From the IMG/VR virus record IMGVR_UViG_3300045988_016812: DNA of 45,509 nt; one strand, written 5' to 3'. The notes below the pieces were generated by a model. The model searched no databases. It was not told the origin of the DNA and worked only from the letters and a program-made list of their open reading frames with translations. Source of the DNA: a virus. A program made the translations under genes and the position numbers. Shown here piece after piece: positions 1 to 7,323 of this stretch (its first letter is position 1; the number at the start of each line of letters is the position of its first letter).

Positions 1-108
1 ACACCCGCGCATTGCCGTACACCCGCGCATTGCCGTACACCCACGCATCGCCGTACACCCGCGCATTGCCGTACACCCACGCATTGCCGGACACCCACGC
101 ATTGCCGG
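1..108. repeat. 18-bp tandem repeat, 6 units (acaccc[g/a]cgcat[t/c]gccg[t/g]), coding
   Basis: Direct reading of positions 1-108; same unit as 45342-45509. Confidence 0.95.
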
Positions 109-250
109 ACTGATCGAGGTTTTCCTCTTTCTCGACAAATCCTCCAAGTTCTCCCTCTTTAACATTCTCAAAAGCTACCAGAGCCTTGATTCTGAAAAGT
201 GTTCTTCCGAACTTCACAATGCTTTCGGCAGTTAATTCATATTTTTTCAT
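1..250 (-). CDS. Hexapeptide (left-handed beta-helix type) repeat protein, N-terminal part; ORF runs off window start and continues in frame at 45509..45079
   Basis: ATG at 250; translates MKKYELTAESIVKFGRTLFRIKALVAFENVKEGELGGFVEKEENLDQS then GNAWVS/GNAWVY/GNARVY/GDAWVY units; no stop before position 1. Confidence 0.7.
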   Translation of the reverse strand, partial: MKKYELTAESIVKFGRTLFRIKALVAFENVKEGELGGFVEKEENLDQSGNAWVSGNAWVYGNARVYGDAWVYGNARVYGNARV

Positions 251-483
251 TCCATTTCCTCCATCCCATACATCATTGGTATCATCGCCAGCGCCGCCAG
301 CACACCCGCCACGCCCATCGTGGAGTAAGGCACTGCGATCGCGAACACTCCCCAGAAGCCGCATACGAGTGTTGCGATCCGCGCGAGGTACTTGATCGCC
401 TGCCGAATCATCATCTGGCGCTTCTTCGCGCGGATCCGGCGCTTTGCTTCGCTCTGGCACATAATTAGAATCATTGACTTCAT
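247..483 (-). CDS. Small membrane protein (78 aa), unknown function
   Basis: ATG preceded by TAGGAGGGGAAGAG; hydrophobic C-terminal half (LVCGFWGVFAIAV...AGVLAALAMIPMM); ATGA overlap with next gene. Confidence 0.5.
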   Translation of the reverse strand: MKSMILIMCQSEAKRRIRAKKRQMMIRQAIKYLARIATLVCGFWGVFAIAVPYSTMGVAGVLAALAMIPMMYGMEEME

Positions 484-494
484 CTCTTCCCCTC

Positions 495-584
495 CTATAT
501 CATTGGCATTAAGAGGAGTAAGATGAAAAGTACCAGCCCCATCAGACCGAACAGCCCAAGCAGCTCGAAATCTTCTTTTTTCAT
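495..584 (-). CDS. 29-aa hydrophobic micro-protein MKKEDFELLGLFGLMGLVLFILLLLMPMI
   Basis: Identical RBS-start context (TAGGAGGGGAAGAGATGAA) to the gene at 483; single predicted TM helix. Confidence 0.35.
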   Translation of the reverse strand: MKKEDFELLGLFGLMGLVLFILLLLMPMI

Positions 585-595
585 CTCTTCCCCTC

Positions 596-751
596 CTATC
601 TATTCATCCACGCGGCGATGATCCACGCTAAGTTGCTCCCCACCGCGAACGCCGCTGTTATAGTCCACGCGATCATCCACTTGATTGTTTCCATTCTCGC
701 CTGCGTAATCACTTCACTTGCCAGCGGACTATCTTTTGTGCTCTCATCCAT
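596..751 (-). CDS. 51-aa membrane protein (MDESTKDSPLASEV...WMIAWTITAAFAVGSNLAWIIAAWMNR)
   Basis: ATG at 751 after AAGGTGA; hydrophobic Trp-rich C-terminus; fills gap between flanking genes. Confidence 0.4.
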   Translation of the reverse strand: MDESTKDSPLASEVITQARMETIKWMIAWTITAAFAVGSNLAWIIAAWMNR

Positions 752-753
752 CT

Positions 754-864
754 TTATTCACCTTTCTTGTCGTGCTTTTCGTTATCGATCCGATCCGCCC
801 ATACACACAGCCACGCAAGCGTACCAACGGCTCCGATCACGGCTCCCAACAGGAACATTGTCAT
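754..864 (-). CDS. 36-aa single-TM protein (MTMFLLGAVIGAVGTLAWLCVWADRIDNEKHDKKGE)
   Basis: Internal ATG of track ORF 754..936 with GGGAGGTGG 5 nt upstream. Confidence 0.4.
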   Translation of the reverse strand: MTMFLLGAVIGAVGTLAWLCVWADRIDNEKHDKKGE

Positions 865-878
865 TCCGTCCACCTCCC

Positions 879-1106
879 TTACAGATAATCCGCTTTTTCG
901 CTGTCCGGAACCTTGCCGATCTGCATCAGAATCCACAGCTCTCCGGAGCGGAATGTCGCTGGATTGCGGAGGCGATTGTAATAAGTGCTGATCTTAAGCC
1001 CCAGACACTTCGCCATCTTCTCGTTGTCGTACTGCTTCTGCGCCTTGACTTTGGCAATCAGTACGCGGATGTTGTCACTCTTCTCTTTCCCATACGTGAC
1101 TTTCAT
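879..1106 (-). CDS. Small helix-turn-helix DNA-binding protein (75 aa)
   Basis: AAGGGGTG RBS; segment EKMAKCLGLKISTYYNRLRNP looks like an HTH. Confidence 0.5.
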   Translation of the reverse strand: MKVTYGKEKSDNIRVLIAKVKAQKQYDNEKMAKCLGLKISTYYNRLRNPATFRSGELWILMQIGKVPDSEKADYL

Positions 1107-1118
1107 GTTCTCACCCCT

Positions 1119-1265
1119 TTATTTGTCTTTCTGATCCTTATGGGCTTCCGTGTTGCAGTCAATCACCCCAGCCATATAGCCGAGGATATAATGCTTTTTA
1201 TCTTCCGGGAGCTTGTCGATCTGCGTTGTTACATCTCTGATAAGATTTCTTTTTTCGTCTGACAT
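1119..1265 (-). CDS. Hypothetical 48-aa protein (MSDEKRNLIRDVTTQIDKLPEDKKHYILGYMAGVIDCNTEAHKDQKDK)
   Basis: ATG at 1265, uninterrupted frame filling the gap between neighbours. Confidence 0.4.
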   Translation of the reverse strand: MSDEKRNLIRDVTTQIDKLPEDKKHYILGYMAGVIDCNTEAHKDQKDK

Positions 1266-1286
1266 ATGTTACACTTCCTTTCTGTG

Positions 1287-1469
1287 TCACTCCAAAATAT
1301 CGTTGAATGTCATTTGCTGCATTGATGGTGGTTTCAGCATTTCGTTCTTTGCTCTCTCGTAGAAATTTCTGTCAATTTCAAAGCCGAATGACGTTCTCCC
1401 CAGGTCCCATGCCGCTCTGAGCGTTGAGCCACTGCCACAGCACGGATCACACCTCTTTTCATTCGTCAT
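1287..1469 (-). pseudogene. C-terminal remnant of an N4/N6 DNA methyltransferase (SAM-binding motif I only)
   Basis: 60-aa ORF contains DPCCGSGSTLRAAWDLGRTSFGFEIDRNFYERA (D-P-x-x-G-S-G-(S/T)-T motif plus GxEid tail); catalytic DPPY part absent. Confidence 0.5.
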
Positions 1470-1656
1470 CGAGGATGTCTGTCACATCTACATCCAATGC
1501 ACGGGCAATCCTGCCCATCGTTGCCGGTCTCACATCTCGTCCGGTAATCACGTTGTTTACTGTCGGTCGAGGCATGGCAGACATTTTTACCAGATCCGTC
1601 GTGCTCATGCAAGCTCTTGCCATAGCAAGTTCAAGCTTTTTTCGGTCTGCTTTCAT
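1459..1656 (-). CDS. Cro-like XRE-family HTH regulator, first gene of the minus-strand early operon
   Basis: AAGGAGG 6 nt before second ATG (1656); MKADRKKLELAMARACMSTTDLVKMSAMPRPTVNNVITG is a classic XRE HTH; divergent from CI-like gene. Confidence 0.8.
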   Translation of the reverse strand: MKADRKKLELAMARACMSTTDLVKMSAMPRPTVNNVITGRDVRPATMGRIARALDVDVTDILDDE

Positions 1657-1773
1657 TTTCATCCTCCTTGTGATTCTTATTTATTGAATCTGTTTGAGTC
1701 TTTATAATTGCGCTCGCCGCTTGCTTGTGCTATCATGTTTATGCCTAATGGCAAAAGGAAGGAGTGGTTTTCC

Positions 1774-1884
1774 ATGACCAAACTTTTGACTTTGCCTGCT
1801 CCCTTTGCTTTTAATCCGTCCGCGCTGATACCGAGACAGTTAAAACAGGTTAAAGACGGCTCTGACTGTTTTGTCAGCGATTAG
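1774..1884 (+). CDS. Possible 36-aa ORF in the switch region (MTKLLTLPAPFAFNPSALIPRQLKQVKDGSDCFVSD)
   Basis: GGAAGGAG RBS about 9 nt upstream of ATG; no recognisable family. Confidence 0.25.
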   Translation: MTKLLTLPAPFAFNPSALIPRQLKQVKDGSDCFVSD

Positions 1885-2115
1885 GCATGTTGCAGATTCA
1901 AGACTGCGCAAGTGACAAAGTGCTTCAAGAAGCGATCAGTGTCGTTGATTGCGATTTTTTAATCTGCAAAGCATATAGGGTAAACAAACTTGATGAGAAT
2001 CTGGTGGGAACGACACTCCCATCAGATTTTTTCATTTGCGGCAAGCGCTCAAGGCTTTTTGTTTCCTTGTAAGCACATTATAGTCCCTCAGAAAACATTT
2101 GTCAATATGTTTTTG

Positions 2116-2144
2116 TTGACTTTGGGAACATTTTTTATTATAAT
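2116..2144 (+). promoter_or_regulatory. Sigma-70-type promoter for the CI-like repressor gene
   Basis: TTGACT (2116-2121), 17-nt spacer, TATAAT (2139-2144), 24 nt upstream of the ATG. Confidence 0.55.
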
Positions 2145-2168
2145 AGTTATCAGAGAGGAGGTGCAAAA

Positions 2169-2522
2169 ATGGAAGAGCGCATAAAAGAATTAAGAAAGGC
2201 GCTTGGGAAAACGCAGCAAGATTTTGCTGATTCTTTGGAATTAAGTAGAAACTTCATTGCTCAAGTAGAAACTGGTGCCAAAACACCAAGCGAGCGAACC
2301 CTTAAAGACATCTGCCGGGAGTTTAAAGTCAATTATGATTGGCTCGTGAACGGAACCGGGGAAATGTTCCAGGATGACGATAGCGATGCGCAGGCTATCG
2401 TGGATTCCGTCATGACGGGAGACAACGAGTTCGCAAAGAAGATTCTTGTACAGTTCGCAAGGCTGGACGAGAGCCGCTGGCGGCAGATCGAAGAGATCCT
2501 AAATGAACTCACAAAAGAATAG
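2169..2522 (+). CDS. CI-like XRE-family repressor (117 aa)
   Basis: GAGGAGGTG RBS; IKELRKALGKTQQDFADSLELSRNFIAQVETGAKTPS HTH; same strand as integrase, divergent from cro-like gene. Confidence 0.8.
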   Translation: MEERIKELRKALGKTQQDFADSLELSRNFIAQVETGAKTPSERTLKDICREFKVNYDWLVNGTGEMFQDDDSDAQAIVDSVMTGDNEFAKKILVQFARLDESRWRQIEEILNELTKE

Positions 2523-2533
2523 CACGAAAAAAG

Positions 2534-2564
2534 GAAGAGCCGAGGATTGATTCTCCGGCTCTTC
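2534..2564 (+). terminator. Hairpin terminator after repressor gene
   Basis: GAAGAGCCG ... CGGCTCTTC 9-bp stem, followed by T-containing tail. Confidence 0.45.
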
Positions 2565-2580
2565 TGCTATTTCACCATTA

Positions 2581-2685
2581 CTATTCTCTCAGATATAAAT
2601 ACAGTAACAGCTTATACACCCGTTCCAACGTCTGATCCGTCTGCACCTTCTCCAGCAAGTCGATGATTTTCTTCTTATAATTCAT
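2581..2685 (-). CDS. Possible 34-aa ORF (MNYKKKIIDLLEKVQTDQTLERVYKLLLYLYLRE)
   Basis: GGAGGG RBS 6 nt before ATG at 2685; antisense to the lysogeny operon. Confidence 0.3.
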   Translation of the reverse strand: MNYKKKIIDLLEKVQTDQTLERVYKLLLYLYLRE

Positions 2686-2796
2686 CTTCGTCCCTCCATT
2701 ATCGAAAAATGTCAAAATTGAACAGTAATATTGCCTTTACTTCAATTATTTGTAGTGATATGATAAGTATATGCAAATATTTGAAGTTTATGCGAG

Positions 2797-3936
2797 GTGA
2801 TGAGTATAAAATTTCTGTATTGGCTCTTTGTTGGCTGGTGGATATGGCCGTTCAAAATCATGTGGTGGACAATTTCACTCCCATACCGGCTATACAGGAG
2901 GATCCGGCGATCCCGTGTGAATCATTTCGGCGCGAGATATTATTCTGATTCGTCCGGCATAGACGGGCATAATTATGAATATCACTGCGCGGAACTACTC
3001 AGAAGAAAAGGATTTTCAAAAGTCAGCGTAACCAGAGGGAGCGGAGATCAGGGAATCGACATCATAGCTTATGCCAACAAGAGAAAATTCGGCATACAGT
3101 GCAAGTACTATTCCAAGCCGGTCGGGAACTCCGCAGTTCAAGAGGCTTGTGCCGGGGCGATGTTTTACGGGTGCAATGTGGCGGCAGTGATGACGAATAA
3201 CGGGTTCACAGAGTCCGCTGTGGAGCTGGCGGCGGCAACGGGAGTTTTACTGTGGGGAAACAGTACGATCACGTACCCAGTTCGCAGGGTACCGCTGAGA
3301 TTTCGTATCTTAAGAATAGCCGGAATTTTGGCTCTTGGGATTGGGGTTCTTGGAATTGCCTTATGCATAGAATTTTCCGAAGGATTGAAAAATCTGGATA
3401 TGTTTTCTCTGATATATTTCATCATCATGTCAGCCGCAGGAACACTATCAGTCCTGCAAGCAAAGACCCCGGCGATCGGGCGTTACTCATGTGTGCTGTA
3501 CGGAGTACTCGCGGCGCTGATCATCCCCCGCGCGTCCGAGATGATGCCCGCGGTCATCTTCTTCGCGGTTATGGCGTTCTTCTCCTTACTTCTGAGTAGA
3601 GCGCCAAAGGAAAATCTCCATGAAGAAGATCAACCCGAAGAGCCGCCGGTCCTTCCTGATGTGTGTGTGAATGATGATCATCCTGTGGAAGTTCCCATTC
3701 TACCGGAAGATTTCGAAAGTGGGGACTGGTTCCATCATATCATGCCGATCGAGGTTGCTTCTCCGCCAGTTGCAGCACCGATCGCAAAAGATCCGGTAAA
3801 AGTCAAAAAGAAAGAGCGAAAATATCACAGGGAAAAGCGAATGAGCAAAAAGGATCTGCTTGCATTTGCGAAAATGTGCAACACGCAAATGGAGCATGAT
3901 GAAGAAATGGAAAGATACAACGATATGCAAAAATAA
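2797..3936 (+). CDS. Membrane-anchored protein with Mrr-type (restriction endonuclease, PD-(D/E)xK) catalytic domain
   Basis: N-terminal Trp-rich TM segment, then GHNYEYHCAELLRRKGFSKVSVTRGSGDQGIDIIAYANKRKFGIQCKYY...VQEACAG...TNNGFTESA (Mrr_cat pattern), then several TM helices and acidic/basic tail; start GTG 2797 or ATG 2800. Confidence 0.7.
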   Translation: MMSIKFLYWLFVGWWIWPFKIMWWTISLPYRLYRRIRRSRVNHFGARYYSDSSGIDGHNYEYHCAELLRRKGFSKVSVTRGSGDQGIDIIAYANKRKFGIQCKYYSKPVGNSAVQEACAGAMFYGCNVAAVMTNNGFTESAVELAAATGVLLWGNSTITYPVRRVPLRFRILRIAGILALGIGVLGIALCIEFSEGLKNLDMFSLIYFIIMSAAGTLSVLQAKTPAIGRYSCVLYGVLAALIIPRASEMMPAVIFFAVMAFFSLLLSRAPKENLHEEDQPEEPPVLPDVCVNDDHPVEVPILPEDFESGDWFHHIMPIEVASPPVAAPIAKDPVKVKKKERKYHREKRMSKKDLLAFAKMCNTQMEHDEEMERYNDMQK

Positions 3937-3984
3937 TTTGCTCTCGCAAATAAAAAAATTATATTTGCGCATACTACAAATGAA

Positions 3985-4018
3985 AAAACGGTCCGGTGCT
4001 GGTACACCAAACCGTTTT
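3985..4018 (+). terminator. Hairpin terminator after the Mrr-like gene
   Basis: AAAACGGT ... ACCGTTTT 8-bp stem with inner GGTG/CACC pairing. Confidence 0.5.
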
Positions 4019-4144
4019 CATAGTTCCAGAGGTTTACACTTCCGAAACCTACACACATAGTGTAACACCTTCTGGACAGTCACGCAAGCAGAATCGAAAG
4101 ATTTTGGTGGCTGTTATTTTTTTACGATCAAGGAGGTATTTCAT

Positions 4145-5224
4145 ATGGCAACAGCAAAAAAATTACCGTCAGGATCATGGAGATGTCAGGTTTTCTCTCA
4201 TTTTGAGGAACAGATCCAGAAGGACGGTACCATAAAAAAGAAACGGATTTACAGGTCGTTCACTTGTGAAGACCCTACACCAAAGGGAAAAAGGGAATGC
4301 GAGGCGGAGGCGGCAGCCTGGGCAACGAACAAAGAACATTCCTCAAGTATGAGATCCATTACTTTCGGAGACGCTATGGATAATTATATCCGGTCCCGGG
4401 AAAATGTGCTGTCAGTGAGGACTATAGCCGAATACAAGAAAGTACGGAAAACATATTGCAAGGATCTATTGGAAAAGAAAGTGGATCAGATCACGCAGAA
4501 TGACATCCAGAGATCAATCAATCGTGAAGCGCTTACCCACTCGCCAAAGACAGTGCGAAATATCCACGGGCTCATATCGGCAACTTTAAAGGCATACCGC
4601 CCGGAATTTGCCTTGAATACGGCTCTTCCGATGAAAAAGCGTGTTGATCTGTACATTCCTACAGACAGCGAAGTCCAGCGGCTCCTTGAGTATGTGGCTG
4701 GGACTGATATGGAGCTTCCGATTCTTCTGGCTGCATTCGGTCCGATGCGCCGCGGGGAAATCTGCGCTTTGGAGTCTGGAGACATTGCCGGGAACATCGT
4801 CCACGTATGTAAAAACATGGTGCAGAACGAAAATAAGGATTGGATCATCAAAGCTCCTAAATCTTATGCCGGAGACAGATTCATAGATTTCCCGGATTTT
4901 GTTTCAGCAAAATGGAAGGGGATTGACGGAAGGATCGTAAATCTCAATCCAGACATGATAACAAAGCGCTTTGAACATTGCCTTAAGGGCGCGGGGTTGC
5001 CCCATTTCCGTTTCCATGATCTGCGTCATTACTCAGCATCTATACAGCATGCGCTCGGAGTGCCGGACGTTTATATCATGCAGCGCGGAGGATGGAGCAA
5101 TGACGGGGTGCTTAAAGCGGTATACAGGCACGCTCTTTCAGACAGGGCGAGGGAATATTCTGGTGTTGCGAATCGCCATTTCAGCGAACTATGCAACACG
5201 AAATGCAACGCAGAAGAAGAATAA
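4145..5224 (+). CDS. int: Tyrosine integrase (phage integrase family)
   Basis: AAGGAGG RBS; C-terminal catalytic pattern RRGE...HDLRHYSAS...GGW...VYRH; adjacent attP-like site. Confidence 0.9.
   Translation: MATAKKLPSGSWRCQVFSHFEEQIQKDGTIKKKRIYRSFTCEDPTPKGKRECEAEAAAWATNKEHSSSMRSITFGDAMDNYIRSRENVLSVRTIAEYKKVRKTYCKDLLEKKVDQITQNDIQRSINREALTHSPKTVRNIHGLISATLKAYRPEFALNTALPMKKRVDLYIPTDSEVQRLLEYVAGTDMELPILLAAFGPMRRGEICALESGDIAGNIVHVCKNMVQNENKDWIIKAPKSYAGDRFIDFPDFVSAKWKGIDGRIVNLNPDMITKRFEHCLKGAGLPHFRFHDLRHYSASIQHALGVPDVYIMQRGGWSNDGVLKAVYRHALSDRAREYSGVANRHFSELCNTKCNAEEE
5191..5210. promoter_or_regulatory. Candidate integrase arm-type site (two ATGCAAC[A/G]C units 11 nt apart), left of attP core
   Basis: atgcaacacgaaatgcaacg; near-identical doublet at 5408-5429 on the other side of the core. 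Confidence 0.4.
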
Positions 5225-5257
5225 TCCTTATTTTTTAAGGCTATTTTTATATTATCA

Positions 5258-5282
5258 ACAGGTTCAAATCCTGTTGCCCCGA
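5258..5282 (+). other. attP core: 3' fragment of a tRNA gene (T-arm plus 3' acceptor strand plus discriminator)
   Basis: ACAGG-TTCAAAT-CCTGT then TGCCCCG-A; no matching 5' tRNA half upstream; directly 3' of integrase. Confidence 0.55.
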
Positions 5283-5284
5283 CA

Positions 5285-5322
5285 AAACCGAGAAATCCGG
5301 TGCATTCCGGTTTTCTCGGTTT
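5285..5322 (+). terminator. Strong hairpin terminator next to attP core
   Basis: AAACCGAGAAATCCGG / CCGGTTTTCTCGGTTT, 16-bp stem with one mismatch, T-rich tail. Confidence 0.6.
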
Positions 5323-5407
5323 CCTTTATTTTATGCTATTTCTAAGGCTTCCGATACATAAAGATATCTTTATATATTTGTGCTTTTCATCATATATATA
5401 TACTATG

Positions 5408-5429
5408 ATGCAACACAAAATGCAACACG
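5408..5429. promoter_or_regulatory. Candidate integrase arm-type site (second ATGCAAC doublet), right of attP core
   Basis: atgcaacacaaaatgcaacacg; same orientation and spacing as 5191-5210. Confidence 0.4.
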
Positions 5430-5433
5430 AAAA

Positions 5434-6153
5434 TCACTCCACATACCAGCGTTCCATAGCGCCGTTATTTCCTTTTGCGTGCCAGCACGCGCCTTCGTAT
5501 TCTCCGGACTCTTCCAGATAGAACCAATCGCCTACACCTGTTTGCTTTCCGTCAAATTGCACCCATCCGGTCAGCATATAGCCGGACGCTCCGAAGAGGT
5601 AATAATGGTGATTGATGGTTTTCCAACACAGTTTGGGGTATGCCCCGTCCGCATTCCGCCACCACCAGCCGTGAGCGTCGTGTACCCAGCCTTCCGGAAG
5701 ATTCTCCGTCTCTTTTTCCCATGTTGCCATGAAATCCTGCGGAGTGGCATATAGAGCTTTGATCTTCTTTGTACTGCTGCCCCAGTCCGGGAGTTGGAAA
5801 TGTGGCTTGTCCTGAATGGATTTCCAGTTACCACCCCACTCCAAACCGATTGATGTCCCGATTGCACCTACACGGGAAAAGAATCCATCGTTATCATAGT
5901 ACGCTCCCTTCCCGTCTGCGCGGTAGATGTCAAAAGCCGTTCCCCACTGATGGAAGGAGCTATAACTCGTGCCGCGCGCATTTGTCACCCTCGTGCCAGG
6001 TTTTGTTCGCCCCTGCGCATAAAGCGCATCCTGTTCTGCCACGGTGCGGAAGGTCTCGCCGATCTTGATTTTTAATCCTTGATCGGCGCATTTCTGTATC
6101 AGCTCATCCGCGAGCTTCTGGAGCCGCGGATGGCATAATGTAATATCTCTCAC
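5434..6153 (-). CDS. Endolysin: M15-family peptidase (VanY/L-Ala-D-Glu peptidase-like) plus C-terminal cell-wall-binding repeats
   Basis: GTG start with GGAAGGTG RBS; SFHQWGTAFD ... DKPHFQL metal-ligand pattern; C-terminus has GW..G.WYY-like repeats (GWWWRNADG, GWVQFDGK, GDWFYLEESG). Confidence 0.85.
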   Translation of the reverse strand: MRDITLCHPRLQKLADELIQKCADQGLKIKIGETFRTVAEQDALYAQGRTKPGTRVTNARGTSYSSFHQWGTAFDIYRADGKGAYYDNDGFFSRVGAIGTSIGLEWGGNWKSIQDKPHFQLPDWGSSTKKIKALYATPQDFMATWEKETENLPEGWVHDAHGWWWRNADGAYPKLCWKTINHHYYLFGASGYMLTGWVQFDGKQTGVGDWFYLEESGEYEGACWHAKGNNGAMERWYVE

Positions 6154-6165
6154 GTGATCACCTTC

Positions 6166-6675
6166 CTATTCTGCAAATACCCAATCATCCGCAAGCATAT
6201 CCGCTTGTGATGCCAACCATCCCATCTGCACTCCAGATGTGCCCACAAATGCAATGGCTTTGTTGCCAATGGCATCATGCTCGCAATTCACAATCTGCCC
6301 GGATGCGTTCACATAGCTGATATTGGTTGCAATCTCAATGTACTGGCTTTTGCCATTCCATCCCTGTCTTGCTACTTTTAAACCACGTTTCAGATAGCGG
6401 ATAGCGTCTGCAAATGAGAATGTAGCAGTACCGCCCAGCACCGGACAGTTTTTCTCATCTGCAATCTCCCATTCTTCAGACTGCATATTCATGAGCGTGT
6501 ACTCTACACGCTGGGTCTCTCTGATATCAAGGAGATCTCCCTGATCAGGATCCTTCTGTCTGCACCGCATCATAATGGTTTCTTTTTCAGAATCCCAGTA
6601 CCAGTATCCGCCCCAGCCTGGAAGTTTCACCTTAGCTCCGGATTTCATCTTTTCAAATGCTTCTTTAAATTTCAT
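6166..6675 (-). CDS. Tandem DUF2829-like protein (Tad2-like family), copy B, 169 aa
   Basis: MKFKEAFEKMKSGAKVKLPGW...EEWEIAD then FSFADAIRYLKRGLKVARQGWNGK...GWLASQADMLADDWVFAE; 130/169 identical to 8590..9099 by manual alignment. Confidence 0.6.
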   Translation of the reverse strand: MKFKEAFEKMKSGAKVKLPGWGGYWYWDSEKETIMMRCRQKDPDQGDLLDIRETQRVEYTLMNMQSEEWEIADEKNCPVLGGTATFSFADAIRYLKRGLKVARQGWNGKSQYIEIATNISYVNASGQIVNCEHDAIGNKAIAFVGTSGVQMGWLASQADMLADDWVFAE

Positions 6676-6754
6676 TTTTACCTCTTTTCTTTCATAAAAG
6701 TTGACAGCCCGGAAGAATATACTTCCGGGTTGTTGCACCGGTGCAACTCTGGTA

Positions 6755-7222
6755 TCAATCGTGATCTTCCGGAATCGTTACCCCGGCATGAATCAGTTTC
6801 TCCGTCACCGCCAGTCCTCGGATCAGAAACTCCGGCACATTATATCCACACTCCACTAAGTTTTCTAAGATGCTCCGGATTTCATTTACAAGCAACGAGG
6901 TCAATGTAAACCAGCCCAGTAATACCAGAAATCCCAGATCAATTCCTAAAAGATCTTTTCCAAGATGAATAAACAATGCCGGAATCAAAAATGCGACGGC
7001 AATGATGATCCAGTAGCCTACTTTCTTCGCCGCTCCTTTCAATCCCGCCTTGCTGCTTTCTTTTCCCAGTTTTCTCGACTTATACCATCCAGTAAGCCAG
7101 TCCAGAATATTGCAGAGCAAATAGCCCGCAAAAACGTACCAGTAGGTTCCGAAAATTAATGTTAAAATCATCACTACTGAGCCTGCCACAGCATTGTAGC
7201 GATCAATGAAGGTTTTTGTCAT
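6755..7222 (-). CDS. Holin (phage_holin_4_1 / LL-H-like family)
   Basis: Multiple TM helices, motif LCNILDWLTGWYKS...S.AGLKGAAKKVGYW; sits two genes upstream of the endolysin (DUF2829 copy B lies between); ATG 7222 preferred over GTG 7231. Confidence 0.75.
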   Translation of the reverse strand: MTKTFIDRYNAVAGSVVMILTLIFGTYWYVFAGYLLCNILDWLTGWYKSRKLGKESSKAGLKGAAKKVGYWIIIAVAFLIPALFIHLGKDLLGIDLGFLVLLGWFTLTSLLVNEIRSILENLVECGYNVPEFLIRGLAVTEKLIHAGVTIPEDHD

Positions 7223-7323
7223 GATTATCACTCTCTTTCTCTAATTTTATAAATTTTCATCTTTTTGTCGCTGTTTCTGGAGATTTGTATGGCATAATGC
7301 AATATCATTCATGATTTTCTCCT

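Noticed and set aside
1-108. The terminal 18-bp tandem arrays (1-108, 45342-45509) and the 69-bp repeats (33272-33446) as CRISPR arrays.
   Set aside because: The 18-bp units are contiguous with no spacers and sit inside an open reading frame with a hexapeptide period. The 69-bp repeats occur only twice. No cas genes are present.
618-1262. Long plus-strand ORFs antisense to well-supported minus-strand genes (618..1262, 13376..14056, 15503..16234, 27765..28799, 31221..31964, 43197..43919, 40034..40702 and similar).
   Set aside because: They lack ribosome-binding sites and have low-complexity Ser/Arg/Pro/Leu-rich translations. They completely overlap genes with clear family signatures (TMP, Mu F-like, terminase, NinB and others). 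They are shadow frames.
1741-1888. The 9-bp inverted repeat ATGCCTAAT / ATTAGGCAT flanking the small ORF in the cro-cI intergenic region, as operator half-sites.
   Set aside because: A single 9-bp match within a ~500-bp AT-balanced region is about what chance would give, and no third copy or regular spacing supports it. The real operators of the switch remain unidentified.
5221-5330. A complete tRNA gene downstream of the integrase.
   Set aside because: Only the T-arm and 3' acceptor strand are present. The upstream 50 nt are AT-rich and cannot form the matching 5' acceptor strand, D arm or anticodon arm. This is consistent with an attP core rather than a gene.
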